DNA of 63,792 bases, counting the filler, from Reticulomyxa filosa (taxonomy: Eukaryota; Protista; Foraminifera): NCBI GenBank assembly GCA_000512085.1. It is 20 parts of 20 records of this genome, joined end to end, with 100 filler letters (N's around TTAATTAATTAA, not from the genome) between each part and the next. Parts side by side here need not be neighbours in the genome. Positions count along the whole stretch, not along the records: positions 44,031 to 55,393 come from ASPP01044057.1; positions 55,494 to 58,168 come from ASPP01001936.1; positions 58,269 to 61,631 come from ASPP01008484.1; positions 61,732 to 63,792 come from ASPP01015399.1; 16 more parts are not named here. The stretch is one strand, 5' to 3'. The notes beneath the pieces were generated by a model. That model did not search any database. It was given only the letters and a program-made list of their open reading frames with translations, and was not told the origin of the DNA. Shown here piece after piece: positions 50,205-62,530 of this stretch. Positions within the stretch are counted from its first letter, which is position 1. Each line of letters opens with the position of its first letter. A program made the translations under genes and the position numbers.

Positions 50205-51680
50205 GACGTTTCGTGTTCGAAGAGCTGTATACTCAGTGTTTCTTTCGGTGCTGCCTTCAGCACCAGGAACGGGTTTTTTGCAAAACTTGACCCAGCCAAA
50301 GTAGATAGCGACAACAATGATAGCCGTAAGCAGTACAGCTCCACACACAATGCCAATGAGTACAAGCAACGAGAGCGAGTTACTCGAATCGGAGCCATCC
50401 ATTTGAAATTGGAACATTTGTGCAAAGATACCCTCATAGGATCCATCTTGACCAAAGCTTTGCCACGTGATCAGGAAATTGCCATTGGAGAGAGTAATTA
50501 CATTGGAGTAGTTTTGAAAGGACGTGGTATACGTATTCACTCGGAACGATCTTCCGACGGCGTATGCACCATCAAACACCTGTGCATATACGCCCGTGTC
50601 CGAGCTGTCGAGACAACACGAGCTCCAGGAAACGACAAAGTGGCCCGAAGGCAGGGCGGCGATCGTGGGATCACCTTGATATCCTGAGGTGTAGAAGTTG
50701 ACATCGAGCTCGTAGCCTATCATGGTGCCATCGGCTGTAAATCGCTGCACAGACACGTCGGCGTCGGTTAGACTATACGACTCCCATGCGACCACAAAGG
50801 CGTTCGACGCCAACACGGCGACGCTGGGGACTGATTGTGTATTCGACGTGTACGTGTTGACTTGGAACTGGCTTCCCACTTTTTTTGCGTTTTGATCAAA
50901 CAGTTGGCCAAAGACGCCCCAACTCGAACCGTCGTTGCCGTAACTCATCCACACCACGACAAAGCCCCCTGAGGAACCTGGGGACAGAAATGCACCACTT
51001 CGTGCAAACTCCTGCAAAGAGGTCGTATACGTATTCACGAGAAATTGGTTGGACACCCCAGTTTGATAGCCATTGTTATTAAATAGCTGTCCGTACACAC
51101 CCAATCCATTCCCATCCGAGTAATTGTCATCCACCCACGTAATCACGAAATTCCCGTTTTTCAAACCTATCACATATGGCCACAATTGATCGCCGACCGT
51201 GTTTGTGTTCACTCGAAACTCTTTCCCGATTTTATTGCCGCTGTTATCAAATATCTGTGCGTAAATGTCGCTATTGCCTCTCTGATACCCGTGCCATGTC
51301 ACCACAAATCGGTTTCCCGACGTTAAACCTGCCACGCTTGGTTGCGCTTGCAAGTTACTTACATTTGTATTTATTTGGAATTGCCCTCCTACTTTATTCG
51401 CGTTTCTGTCAAACAGCTGCCCAAATACACCGTAGTCACTACCATCACCCTGCCTACTTTGCCATACCACTACAAATCCCCCATTCGTTAAATTCGCTGC
51501 TCTTGGATATCCTTGTGAAAACAGTGTGTACGAATTGACTTGAAATTCGTCGCCGATTTTGCTTAGTGTGCTATAATTTTCTTGCCAAATTATCGATGAC
51601 GTACTTTCGGCCATCTTAATAATAAGAGACGCCAGCATAACAATCGTCATTGCCCATATTTTGCTTGTTTTACTGTTCAT
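50205..51680 (-). CDS. Signal peptide + 7 bacterial-type EFQVNTYT repeats (beta-propeller-like) + TM; probable exon 1 of a fusion gene
   Basis: Seven repeats of about 55 aa (F.VNT.T...Q..P.VA.L..G.FVV.W...DG...GV.GQ.F), a hydrophobic N-terminus, and TM LLVLIGIVCGAVLLTAIIVVAIYFGW. Confidence 0.88.
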
Positions 51681-52629
51681 TATTATTGAATTTTCTCTCG
51701 GATTAGTCCAAGAACAACTCCAATTTTTATGTACTTTTTTAAAATGTTGATGTTTAGAAATTATCTAACCACTACAAGCGACGACAAGCAAATTTTCTTG
51801 GCAATAATAATATAATAAACGTGGAAAGAAAATTTAAAACTTTCGAAAAAACGCTTCAAAGTTCGTTGAAACCATTGATATCGTTTTTAACGTGAAAAAA
51901 AAGACTATCAAGACCTAATCATTATGTCAATAGTTTTGTATTATTGTATCGAATAATGAAATTCTAAGATGAAAGATAGATAGTTGAGATATGTGGTTAG
52001 TAAGAGTACATTTCCCACACTGTATTTAGTCAATGTCAGACCGAAGACCAATTCATTAACTTGTGCATGGACGACATTGTCGAAACAATATTTTTAATTT
52101 TGACATAATAACGACAATCAATTTACTGTTATGTAAGAAACAAACCATTACCAAGTTTGTATCAAATGTGTTGATTTCCAATTTAATGTACTGAACAAAA
52201 TTTGCTTCTTCGCCAACCATATTAACAGGCTGGATTTATTTTTTGGTGCAATGTCAAAATTTACTGTTAATAATTTTATCGCAGACAGTGTTCGTTATGT
52301 AGAAATATAAGTAGTCTCGTAGGCAAGTTCTTTCAGACTTTAATTAAGTTAAGTTAGTTTCCTTTCGTGTGTTTAAGATTGAATGTCTTCAATAATTTAT
52401 TAGTGCAAACAGAATTGCTTGCAAAACTACGGAGAATGTAGCAGTTCTTGTAATGGGTTGCATTTGCAATAGTTTATCTTGTCGATTGAAATTTATAATT
52501 GATTAACAATCTTTTAAATTGTATAAGCAATTTTTCTTTTGAAATTCAAAAAATTTTGAACATAAAAAACATAGAAAAGTTTATCTGTACATCAGCCATT
52601 TCAAATTTAATATATGATTCAAAATAATG

Positions 52630-55393
52630 TTAAAAAGATTGAAATTTTCCACCACGTTGTTGCACCAGCAGCATCAATGAAGGCGTTAATCCCTTCACAT
52701 TTTCCCAAATACTCTTTCTCATTAATAAACCACTGCTTTGAACACCGGCTTGCCATACACACTTCACAAAAGAAGAGGACGAACATTTATCAGAATCAGC
52801 AAGAGTATTATCCATTATTTTAATTTTTTCTTTGTTACTTTTATTATTAATGCTCCACAGTCGAATTGTTTTGTCTAGTGAACATGACACGATTTTGGAA
52901 CCATCATGGGAAAATTGCAATGCGCGTACCTCATCTGAATGTCCTTTCAACAATTGCAGTTTTTTTCCTGATAATACATCCCACAGTTGAATGGTTTCAT
53001 CTCTTGAGCATGATGCAATTTTTAAACCATCAGGTGAAATTTCTATATTAATAATAGATTTAGAATGTCCATCTAATACATGGAGTTGTTGTCCAGATTC
53101 CACATCCCATATTCGGATTGTTTTGTCGCTTGCATATGACACAACTTTGGATCCATCTGGCAAAAATTTTGCTCCCATAACTCGAAATTCATGTCCTTCT
53201 AATCGTCGGAGTTGTTGTCCTGATGAAACATCCCATATTCTAACCGTTGAATCATGTGAACATGATGCAATCTTAGAACCATCTGGAGAAAACTGTACTA
53301 TATCAACAGGGCCTGTATGTCCTTCAAATAATTGAAGTTGTCTTCCAGATTCCACATCCCATATTCGAACAGTATTATCATTTGAACATGATGCAATTTT
53401 GGAACCATCAGGTGAAAATTGAACAGATACAACACCGCTTGAATGTCCTTCCAACAATTGAAGTTTTTGTCCAGTTGCAACATCCCATATTTGAATTGTT
53501 TTATCTATGGAACAAGATACAACTTTGGAGCTATCGGGTGAAAATTGTGCATCTTCCAAAATATGTGAATGTCCTTGTAATGACTGAAGCTGTATCCCAG
53601 ATTTAAGATCCCATATTCGAACTGTTCGATCTACAGAATAGGACAAGATTTTGGAATTATCTGGTGAGATTTGGATATCAGTTACAATATTTGAATGCCC
53701 TTCCAACAATTGAAGTTGCTGTCCAGATGACGTATTCCATATTCGAATTGTTTTATCAACTGAACAAGACACTATTTTTGAACTATCTAAGGAAAATTTC
53801 ACACCAGTGACTTGATGTGTGTGTCCTTCTACTGATTGAAATTGTTGTCGCTTAGATGAAACATCCCAAATTCGTATTGTTCTGTCAATTGATGATACAA
53901 TTTTAGAATCATCCAGAGAAAACTGTGCGTCATTTACACCATTATAATATCCTTCCAATAATTGAAGCTGTCGACCGGATGATACATCCCATATTCGAAT
54001 TGTTTTATCATTTGAACATGATACAATCTTGGAACCATCAGATGAAAAGCGTGCTCCTGTCACAAGATCTGTATGTCCTTCCAATTGTTGGAGTCGTTTT
54101 CCAGATGACACACTCCAAATATGAATAAGTTTACCAGACAAATATGATACAAGTTTTGAAGAGCTTGGTGAAAATTGTACTCCACTAGATTTGATATCAC
54201 ATTTTAATGATTGAATCTCTTTTCCTGTTGATACATCCCATATTCGAATAATCTTATCATTCGAATATGAGAAAATTTTGGAGTTATCAAATGAAAATTG
54301 AGCTGTAATTGCATAAGCAAAATTACCTTTCAATATATGAAGTTGTTGTCCCGATGATACATCCCATAATCGAATCGTTGCATCACTTGAATAAGATACA
54401 ATTTTCAATCCATCAGGAGAAAATTTTGCTGCAGTAACGTCAGCTGAATGTTCTTTCAATAATTGAATTTGTTTCCCGGATATCGCATCCCAAATTCTGA
54501 TTGTTTTATCTTTTGAAGCCGATACAATCTTGGAATTATCAGGAGAAAAAGTGTGCATCATTCACCCAACTTGAATGTCCTTCTAATAATTGAATTTGCT
54601 CTCCAGATGAAACATCCCAAATTCGGATCGTTTTATCAATTGAACAGATACAATTCTAAGATTATCATGTGAAAATTGTGCTGTAGTTACAACATCCTTA
54701 TGTTGATCTAAGTAAGCGTATTCTCCAAGATAAACTCCATTCATTGATGCATTTGTAAAATCGGTATTGTCTAGGAAAGCTTGAAATAAACTGACATTGT
54801 CCAAGCACGCACCTCTCAATTTCGTTCCTTCAAGGAATGCATGATCCAAAATTGCATTTGGTATTTTAATATTATCCCAATTTTGATTGTGTAAATTAAT
54901 ATTTGCTGAATTAAGAATAGTGATTGCATTTGCGGCTGCAATACTAATATTTATGTTATTCTTTGATCCTTCAATAATTCGAAACAATCTTGATTTTAGA
55001 TTTTGAAGTATTGGTGTTGTTTCATGAATTCGCTCTGCAATGAATTTAATAATTCCAGTTTCTTCATTTAGCAATTTGCGATTGATGAGTAAACGTGGTA
55101 TATACATTTCAAATTGTTGTTGAAATTCTTGATGACTAAGATCAAAATTAGAATTTGGTTTCCATGAAATTATATCATATATAATCTTTTGTGCCGCATA
55201 ATATTCTTGACATGATTTATGTAAAAATTGATATTTATTTTCACCAATTCTTCTTAATACATATTTTGCAACACTATCACCCTTAAAATATCTTGTCCAA
55301 ATATCTTCAGTTTTTGTTATTGGAGTAGTAATTTTATTAGTTTTTATTTCTGTTTTTTCATCACTTCTCTTTTCTTCTTCTTCTTCTTCTTCT
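52630..55393 (-). CDS. NLR-like STAND (NACHT-associated winged helix) - pentapeptide repeat - 15x WD40 protein, 5'-truncated, with a compensating frameshift pair at about 54645 and 54548
   Basis: YQFLHKSCQEYYAA (about 55195-55235), AAANAITILN, pentapeptides (AILDH AFLEG TKLRG ACLDN), 15 WD40 units, and C-terminus VKGLT...LLVQQRGG. Confidence 0.88.
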
Positions 55394-55599
55394 NNNNNNN
55401 NNNNNNNNNNNNNNNNNNNNNNNNNNNNNNNNNNNNNTTAATTAATTAANNNNNNNNNNNNNNNNNNNNNNNNNNNNNNNNNNNNNNNNNNNNAATTATA
55501 CAATTGCTAAACATCTCCACACTAATGTGAAAAAAATGAGAAAATTTTAAGTCATTCTATCTGTTTGCTTGAATGTGCGTGTTTGACTTTCAGCGCTTC

Positions 55600-57360
55600 C
55601 GCAATCTATAATGCAAATGATGATAATGGTAGTAAACGATGAAACTAATTGGGTATCTCTGATCTCGATTGCTGCGTTCATTTTCCATACTTCTTCCATT
55701 GTTTTACCTTTTTGCATTGGCAATGAAAATTATACCACCATTTGGACTTGGCTTTGTGTTACCACAGGTTTGCTTTTTTTTTTTTTTTAATTTATTTAAA
55801 AAAAAAAAAAAAAGGGAACGATAAGGTATACGTGTTATTTGACTGTTTTTCTTTTTTTTTGTTTGTTTGCAAGATTTGGTTGGAATATTTTTCATTCTTG
55901 CATTATTGTTTGATGCACCGGTTATGAATGGCCATACGTATAATTTAATGGCTACTCTATACTATTACAAACTTTGTATTGCAACTCTTTCGTCCGCTGC
56001 ATGGGTCGCGATTAACAGTTTGCTCGGAATGCCTAGTTTCGTCTATATTCTAGCATCAGAAGAAATAGGAGCGAGTGGATGTTGTTGCATTTGTCTCTAC
56101 ATTTTCATTTTTGTTTTCACTTGTATGTTTGGTCTTGGCATTCTGGTTATGATTGCAATCAGGTTTGATATAGATATACATATACATATATATATATTAT
56201 GTTGTCGCTGTTGCCACAAAAGGAGAAAAAAAAAGATAATACAATCAACAATAAAAAGTATGGAAATAGTCTATCTTATTATCTTTGCGGTCGTAGTCCA
56301 CTTGGCATTAACATCACGCATTAATTGCAGTTTTTAATATTTTTGCTTGCTTACTTATACTGCGTCAACTAATTTTTAGTTTAGAGGGAGCCATTACAAA
56401 CAATGCACACACAAAGGTTTAAGTTCTACGTCAGGGAACTTGTCACAGCTATTATCCTTTTTGCAAGAGGGACCTGACACAGCTTTACGTGTGGCATGTG
56501 CAAACCATATGCTTGGATATCTTAAGCTTCATTTGGACAAAGAAGCTAAAACCTTGTATGACCATGTCACACTCAAGAGCGTGCGACAAATGGGTAATGC
56601 CTCTTTTATGAAAAGTTTTGTTCTTTTTTTTTTTTTTTTTGGAATGTTATTCCTTTTAAACTCTGTATTAAGAGCGATTGAAGCATAGATTGACAGTAAT
56701 ATATATTTCATCTTTTTTTTCTTTTCCCTCTTTTGTTTTTTCAACTTTTGTAATGGGTGATACCAGTGCTTCTACGTTATTACTTCGAGCCGTGGAGAGA
56801 TATAAAAAATTCGCTTAAGAACTCGCTACGATTTAATCAGCTTTCAACGCGCTCACTCTTTGCCATTAGTGGTCTGTCCGGACTAATATTTGTATTTTTT
56901 CCACTGTATTTATTGTCACGTTTGTTCACTCTGACATTTCCTGTCATTTTTGTCATTTATATTGCTCACTTTGATTTGTGGTCGCATATATCAACGATTT
57001 TAATTGCCACCTCTTGTGCTTATGCCTGCTTGTTATTCCTTTGGTGCCTCCTTACTATTCCTGTCATTCGGGTTAATTATCTTCTCTGGTTAGAACTTTC
57101 TTTTTTGTTAAAAACAATAGTGACTCCAAACTTGTTTAGAGCTTTGATTTTAATTTAGGCATATTGCCCCTAGTGGGCACGTTTCACTTGACTTTCAGTT
57201 ATTTCCTGCAATCGAAAAACGCTACAATTTGGTGAAAAAAATGCAAGTTCAAGAACAATTGCTGATAGAATTGCTTGGAAAAGATGTGGGTAATATTGTC
57301 ATCAGTTATTTGCCGAAGTTGTGTAACTTTAGCCTTACAACTGGCGAGGAAACGACTTAA
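55600..57360 (+). CDS. Multi-pass membrane protein, multi-exon, unknown function
   Basis: Hydrophobic exons separated by GT-AG introns. Last exon HIAPSG...IEKRY...QEQLLIELLGKDVGNIVISYL. Confidence 0.6.
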
Positions 57361-57674
57361 GAGTATGTTGTCGCTTCAACAACAGAACAAAAGCAAGCAC
57401 AAACCAAATCCAACAAAAATGGAGAGAATCTTTGAGCTTTGTCTTGTAATTTTGTTGGAATATAACAGGAATAAAAATGAAAAGATTCGGAAGGACTTTC
57501 TGGAAAAATTTTCTTCAACACTCATCTAAAGAAAGCTTTTTTGATGGTGCAATTTTGTTTTTCTCTTAATCCATTAATTTAGACTTCTAAAAAAAAGGCA
57601 TTTTTCAGCATTGAATTGCAGTAAAGATTTATTCAAGACTGAATAAACAACAAAAAAAAAGAAGTGTCCAAGTT

Positions 57675-58095
57675 TCAAAATTTAAAATGTTGATTATCAA
57701 TAGTATTAAAAAGATAGCCCATGTCAACTAATTGTTGCAAATGCATCTGCAATTCATTTGCGTTTTTGGAACTGAAGCGATTACGCATAAGTTGGAGTAT
57801 GGCATAAAAGTCGATGCCTTCATTGGTTGCCGTCAATTTGCTATTTTGAATTTTGGTCAAAATTTCTTTTTGGACACTGCCAATGTCCTCTTGCGTAGTC
57901 TCCCAATCATGTGGAATCAGAGTGCTTGTCGGTTGTGTCCTTTCCGTCACAACGCCATATTTGTCTGTTTTTTCTTTTTCGGCTGGCTCCGGTCTGCTGC
58001 TCGTGCGAGTAACTTTATTGCCTGATGTCATCTTCATTTCGTCCCCTCTGTTTTCTGTTTCGTCACTGTTTTCCCCTCCGCTATCGTTTCACAAA
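57675..58095 (-). CDS. RPA2: RPA32-type C-terminal winged-helix protein (RPA2-like), last exon
   Basis: Q..IL..I......EGI....I.........+...L..L...G.LFNTID.QHFK matches the RPA_C terminus pattern. Confidence 0.65.
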
Positions 58096-58321
58096 GAACA
58101 ATCCCGGAACGCATTACAGAAACAAGTTCACAACCAATCAAATTTTTTTCTCACCCAACAAAAAAAAANNNNNNNNNNNNNNNNNNNNNNNNNNNNNNNN
58201 NNNNNNNNNNNNTTAATTAATTAANNNNNNNNNNNNNNNNNNNNNNNNNNNNNNNNNNNNNNNNNNNNAAAAAAAAAAAAAAAAAGGGGTGAGCTCCTCC
58301 TTTTTTTTTTTTTAAAAAAAA

Positions 58322-58842
58322 TACCTCGACTAATATCATTTGATCCGCTTTTGTCATACTTTTGTTTATATAAAATGTTGTTGTTATTATTTCTTAAAAA
58401 AAAAAATATATATATGCAACATATTTAAGTTAAATACACAAATAAAACAGAAAATGCAATAACAGTAATCGTGTTCATATCAAAAGAGTTGGAAGTGACC
58501 AAGTTTTCATTTCGCATTGATACTAGTCGAGACCAATTGTCCGTCAAAGATTTGTAGCTAACATCTTCAAATCTCTCAGGGTAATTTGCACCGTATTGCA
58601 ACAAATCTTTTGCTTCTTTCGCATAGTAGCCTTTTTTTTTTTTTTTTTGAGGGAATAATCCACAGACATAACTTTTTTTGTTTGGGTCCCTTTTGTTTCT
58701 CACTCCCAATGTCCTAAAGCTCACCTAGACTTTCTCTGTACTTTTTGTCCAGTTCAACGAGATTGTTTAGACCATTCGAAGACGATGAAAACCTTTCAGG
58801 TGACTTTCTTTTGAACCTGTCATCACAATGTAAATTTGACAT
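58322..58842 (-). CDS. 5' exons of a hypothetical protein (possibly the same gene as 57675-58095)
   Basis: ATG at about 58842, with GT-AG introns and coding-like exons. Confidence 0.4.
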
Positions 58843-59173
58843 GATTGCCCCACCTTTTTAATTCTCAATCAACGGTAAAATTTCAAAATTCTAAAAAAAA
58901 AGTGCAGACTGTTTGGAGAACATATTCCCTGCCTAGTGATCAATACAGCATCAGTAAGGACAACTTTGTAACTTTCTAATTTTTTCAAAGCAGTTGTTAG
59001 ACTTTAAAAATATAACAGTGTATTTGCGGTTTTTGAAAGACTTTATTAAATACGTGGAGTTGAATGCTGTAACAAAAACGCTTAGCGTACATTTCTTCTA
59101 GTCTTTGCTCAATATACGGTCACCACAAACAAAGAAAGTATATTTGTTACACTCAGAAAGGTAAAAAGATGTA

Positions 59174-60359
59174 ATGTCTTTATACGAAGTCCAAAAGAAA
59201 TTTTTTTTTGAAACAATGTTCCCCTCTCAAAAAATGAATATGTCGGCTTGCCTGGAAGTGTTGCACAGTGATATAGTGTTAGTGCTAGCATATTATCTAT
59301 CCACGCCAACCTTGGTAAATCTAGTGAGTTGCTTCCCCACAATTTCCTCGCAGATAAAGGAGTATAATCTGAAGCACAACCTGACATGGAGATATCACAA
59401 ATCAAGAAGTAAGCAATGTTTGGACCAGTTGAACAAAATATTTTCCAAGTCAGACGACAGCAACAACAAGTCGTTAAAGAAGTCATCCTCGAATGTGAAC
59501 TTGGGTTCACTAGGAACGAACAAAGGGAATGCACTGCATATGTTCGGCGGGCTGACGATCTATGTGCCGTCCATTGAAGAAAAGATGAACAAAGACAAGT
59601 TATCCGTTATCACGACAATAACCGCACTGCTGACCACAAGTTATCTCGACTCGCACGAAATTGTGCAAAGTGGAGAGTGGAAAACATATGACAAACATCT
59701 CTCTTCCTCTTCCTCTTCCTCCTCTTCAACCGATGCACCGCGCGGTTTGAAGGATATATGGGCCAGTATCGAAACCGAGACCAAAGACCGAATTGTACCG
59801 CTAGTTCTAATGAACGAGCTATACAAACCAGAAGCGATCACTGACTTTCAATTAAATATTGATCCTTTCCGCTTTGAGTGCGTTTACAATGACGGTTAAT
59901 CTATTTGATATATAACATATCATACCAAAAAAGTTTGGAGTCTAAACTAGAGGTAGTGTTTGTTTTTTGGAACATTCTAAAAATCAAACATAACTATAAT
60001 ATATTGTACACATATATGTATATATTTGTACATACGAAGGACCAAGGAGAATGACGGCGATATTTAAGTGTGAGTCTTGGAAGTGCTTTGATTTCGATTC
60101 AATGCTATCACATTTTTACTCGTTCATCTTCGGCGAAAGGGAAATTCGAAGAGACGAAGCCCAATATCAACAAATCAAACAGTCGTTGCAACATTGGTTG
60201 CTACCTCACATTAGTCCTTTAAATGACTTCAACGGCGGACTTTATATCACTCGTTGCCAAACCAAACTTTTACCTTATCAAGTGTTCCGGAACGCTGTTA
60301 CTATTATCAAAATTTTGCGTCACAATACCTTCCTTGTGCTCTTTCAGCGCTTCTTTTAA
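59174..60359 (+). CDS. Hypothetical protein with F-box-like N-terminal motif; intron about 59895-60039
   Basis: LEVLHSDIVLVLAYYLSTPTLVNL resembles the F-box consensus. Long ORF plus a second exon. Confidence 0.5.
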
Positions 60360-60997
60360 AAGCATTCAAAAAGATATCCCGTCCTAAAAAAAAAAAAATA
60401 AATTATGATGCCAGGCATCTGTCTTGTATTTATTTGCCTCTTTTTTTTCCTCCTATCCTTTTGATTGTGTGCAGCTCAGATTTTTATTTTTATTTTTCTT
60501 GTAAAAGTTCAAACTCTTTTTAAATAAGTCTTTTTTTAGTATATTGTACGATCAGAACATATTACGTGTTGTTTGGAAAACGTTATATATACAAGAACGA
60601 AACAAATAAAGATTTTGTCTTTTCAAAATGAAGCAACAATGGACAACAAGTCCCTCTCTTTTCGAAACACAAGACAACAAAGTGTAGTAACACAAAAACT
60701 ACAAATAAATATTTTCTGTTTATTTTTTTTTGGTCAAATTTTTTAAAATTTGTCTTACGTGTCTGTATGCAGCAAGGCAACAGCCGACTTCATCTCGCCT
60801 GAGAGATGAAGGGAAATGGAAATGGAGGGGAAAAAAAAGTTCACAAAGCAAAGTTGGCCCTGCTTTGTTACAAACATCCTTTACATCACATAAAAAACAA
60901 AAAAATGTTGTGATAAGATCATATACATCCCTCCCTTTTCCTCTCTTTGTTCAAAAAAAAAAAACAACGGCAAAATTATAACACAGCAAAACAAAAA

Positions 60998-61600
60998 TTA
61001 ATAAAATCCAAAGCGACTGATCGTTTCTTGGACGAGCACACCTCTCCCAATCAAAACTCTTTCGCTTTTTGTCTCCTTTGTTTCCATCAGGTTTTGTCGA
61101 TCCCACAAAACGGAAATGGGGTTTTTCTGCCCTTGCCTAGTGCAACATAGTCCGAAGAAAGTTTTGGAGCCAATGACTTCGTGTAACTCAGCATCAGTCT
61201 TGGTCAATTTGGATCTCTCCATTTGTCGGCTGATCAACGCGCCCATCAAAAACGTTGACTGCAGCAACACGTACACAAAAGCGAATGCTATGAACATGCC
61301 AAAGTCCACCGACGCTATTGCATTCACGCCTCCGGCAAGACCTGTCCATAAGATCGCGCTGAATAAGTACACGAAACATAGGTACATGTAGATATCCTAA
61401 GAGATGGGTACACCAAGCCAAACAAAAATGATTCAAAATGGGATGTGAGTTTCTTTCTTATTAAAAACAACACACACAAAAACATTCTTTACCAAAAGAG
61501 TGAGATAAGGAATGGTGGGGAGTTTATCAAACATCAATTGCAAGGCAGCAACGTCAGCCAACAACAGTGTGATACCGTAAGCCAAACGATTACCCAAATC
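60998..61600 (-). CDS. Pentameric ligand-gated ion channel (Cys/Pro-loop family) M2-M4 region, 5'-truncated
   Basis: Spliced DLGNRLAYGITLLLADVAALQLMFDKLPTIPYLTLL|DIYMYLCFVYL matches the R0'-M2 / LP...YLT.LD.Y M2-M3 signature, followed by a short loop and M4. Confidence 0.85.
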
Positions 61601-61789
61601 TATTCATTTCAAAACATACCCAAAAAAAAAANNNNNNNNNNNNNNNNNNNNNNNNNNNNNNNNNNNNNNNNNNNNTTAATTAATTAANNNNNNNNNNNNN
61701 NNNNNNNNNNNNNNNNNNNNNNNNNNNNNNNCACATGTATAGTCATGACCCCCCCCCCCCCCTCCCCTCGTCTTATGTAAGTTGCAATC

Positions 61790-62270
61790 GAAAACAAAAC
61801 AAGACATAACATTCTCCGATATAAAGTTGATCTGCTTCAATGTGTTCTTTGATGTTTTGTTTCGGCCTCGATTCAAATACTGCCCTGCTTCTTCATTCTC
61901 ATTCCTCTCTTCTTCTTCTTCTTTTTCTTTTTCTTTTTCATTATCTTCATTTTTATTTTCGTTTTCGTTCTTGTCCTTGTTTTTGCTCTTGCTTCTGCTG
62001 TTGCTCTTGTTTTGTGCTTCCTCTTCACTGGGATCGTCTAGTTTCCTTTCTGGTACATCCACGTATAAATTGGTTATCTCTTCCAATATGCTACACGAAC
62101 TCTCGCTTTCTTTGTTCGCTTGTTGCTTCGTTCCATTTTTGCTGCTCTTCGACAGCCTTGATTTTTTGTCCCAAGATGGACAGACAAACCAAATACCACT
62201 TCAAGCTGACTGAGTGCTTCGAAATACAAGATACACTTACTTAGACATGCTTGGAAATATTTCAAATGGG
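61790..62270 (-). CDS. Low-complexity Glu/Lys/Asn-rich protein fragment
   Basis: Open frame with an EKEKE/NENE tract. Truncated by the spacer. Confidence 0.4.
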
Positions 62271-62530
62271 GATGATTAGTATAGGTCCCTTCTTTTTTTG
62301 TTTAAAAAAAGTCTTCTTTCTAGTGGTAATAAAAAAATGTTGTGTTTATTTCAACAGAAAGAACTACAGTTAATAAAACAAGAAACGGTATAATAAAAAA
62401 TGGTTATATTAGAAGCTTTGTTTTGTCTCTTCCCCTTCAAAAATGAAACTCAACAATTTCAAAAACTTTTTCGTTGTTGTGACTTGTAAGAGGCCATTTC
62501 TAAGTGCGTGGAATAAAAATACGTTTGATA

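Noticed and set aside
50205-51680. Bacterial contamination as the source of the repeat protein
   Set aside because: It is contiguous with intron-containing genes on the same contig and runs into a host-style T/A-tract intron.
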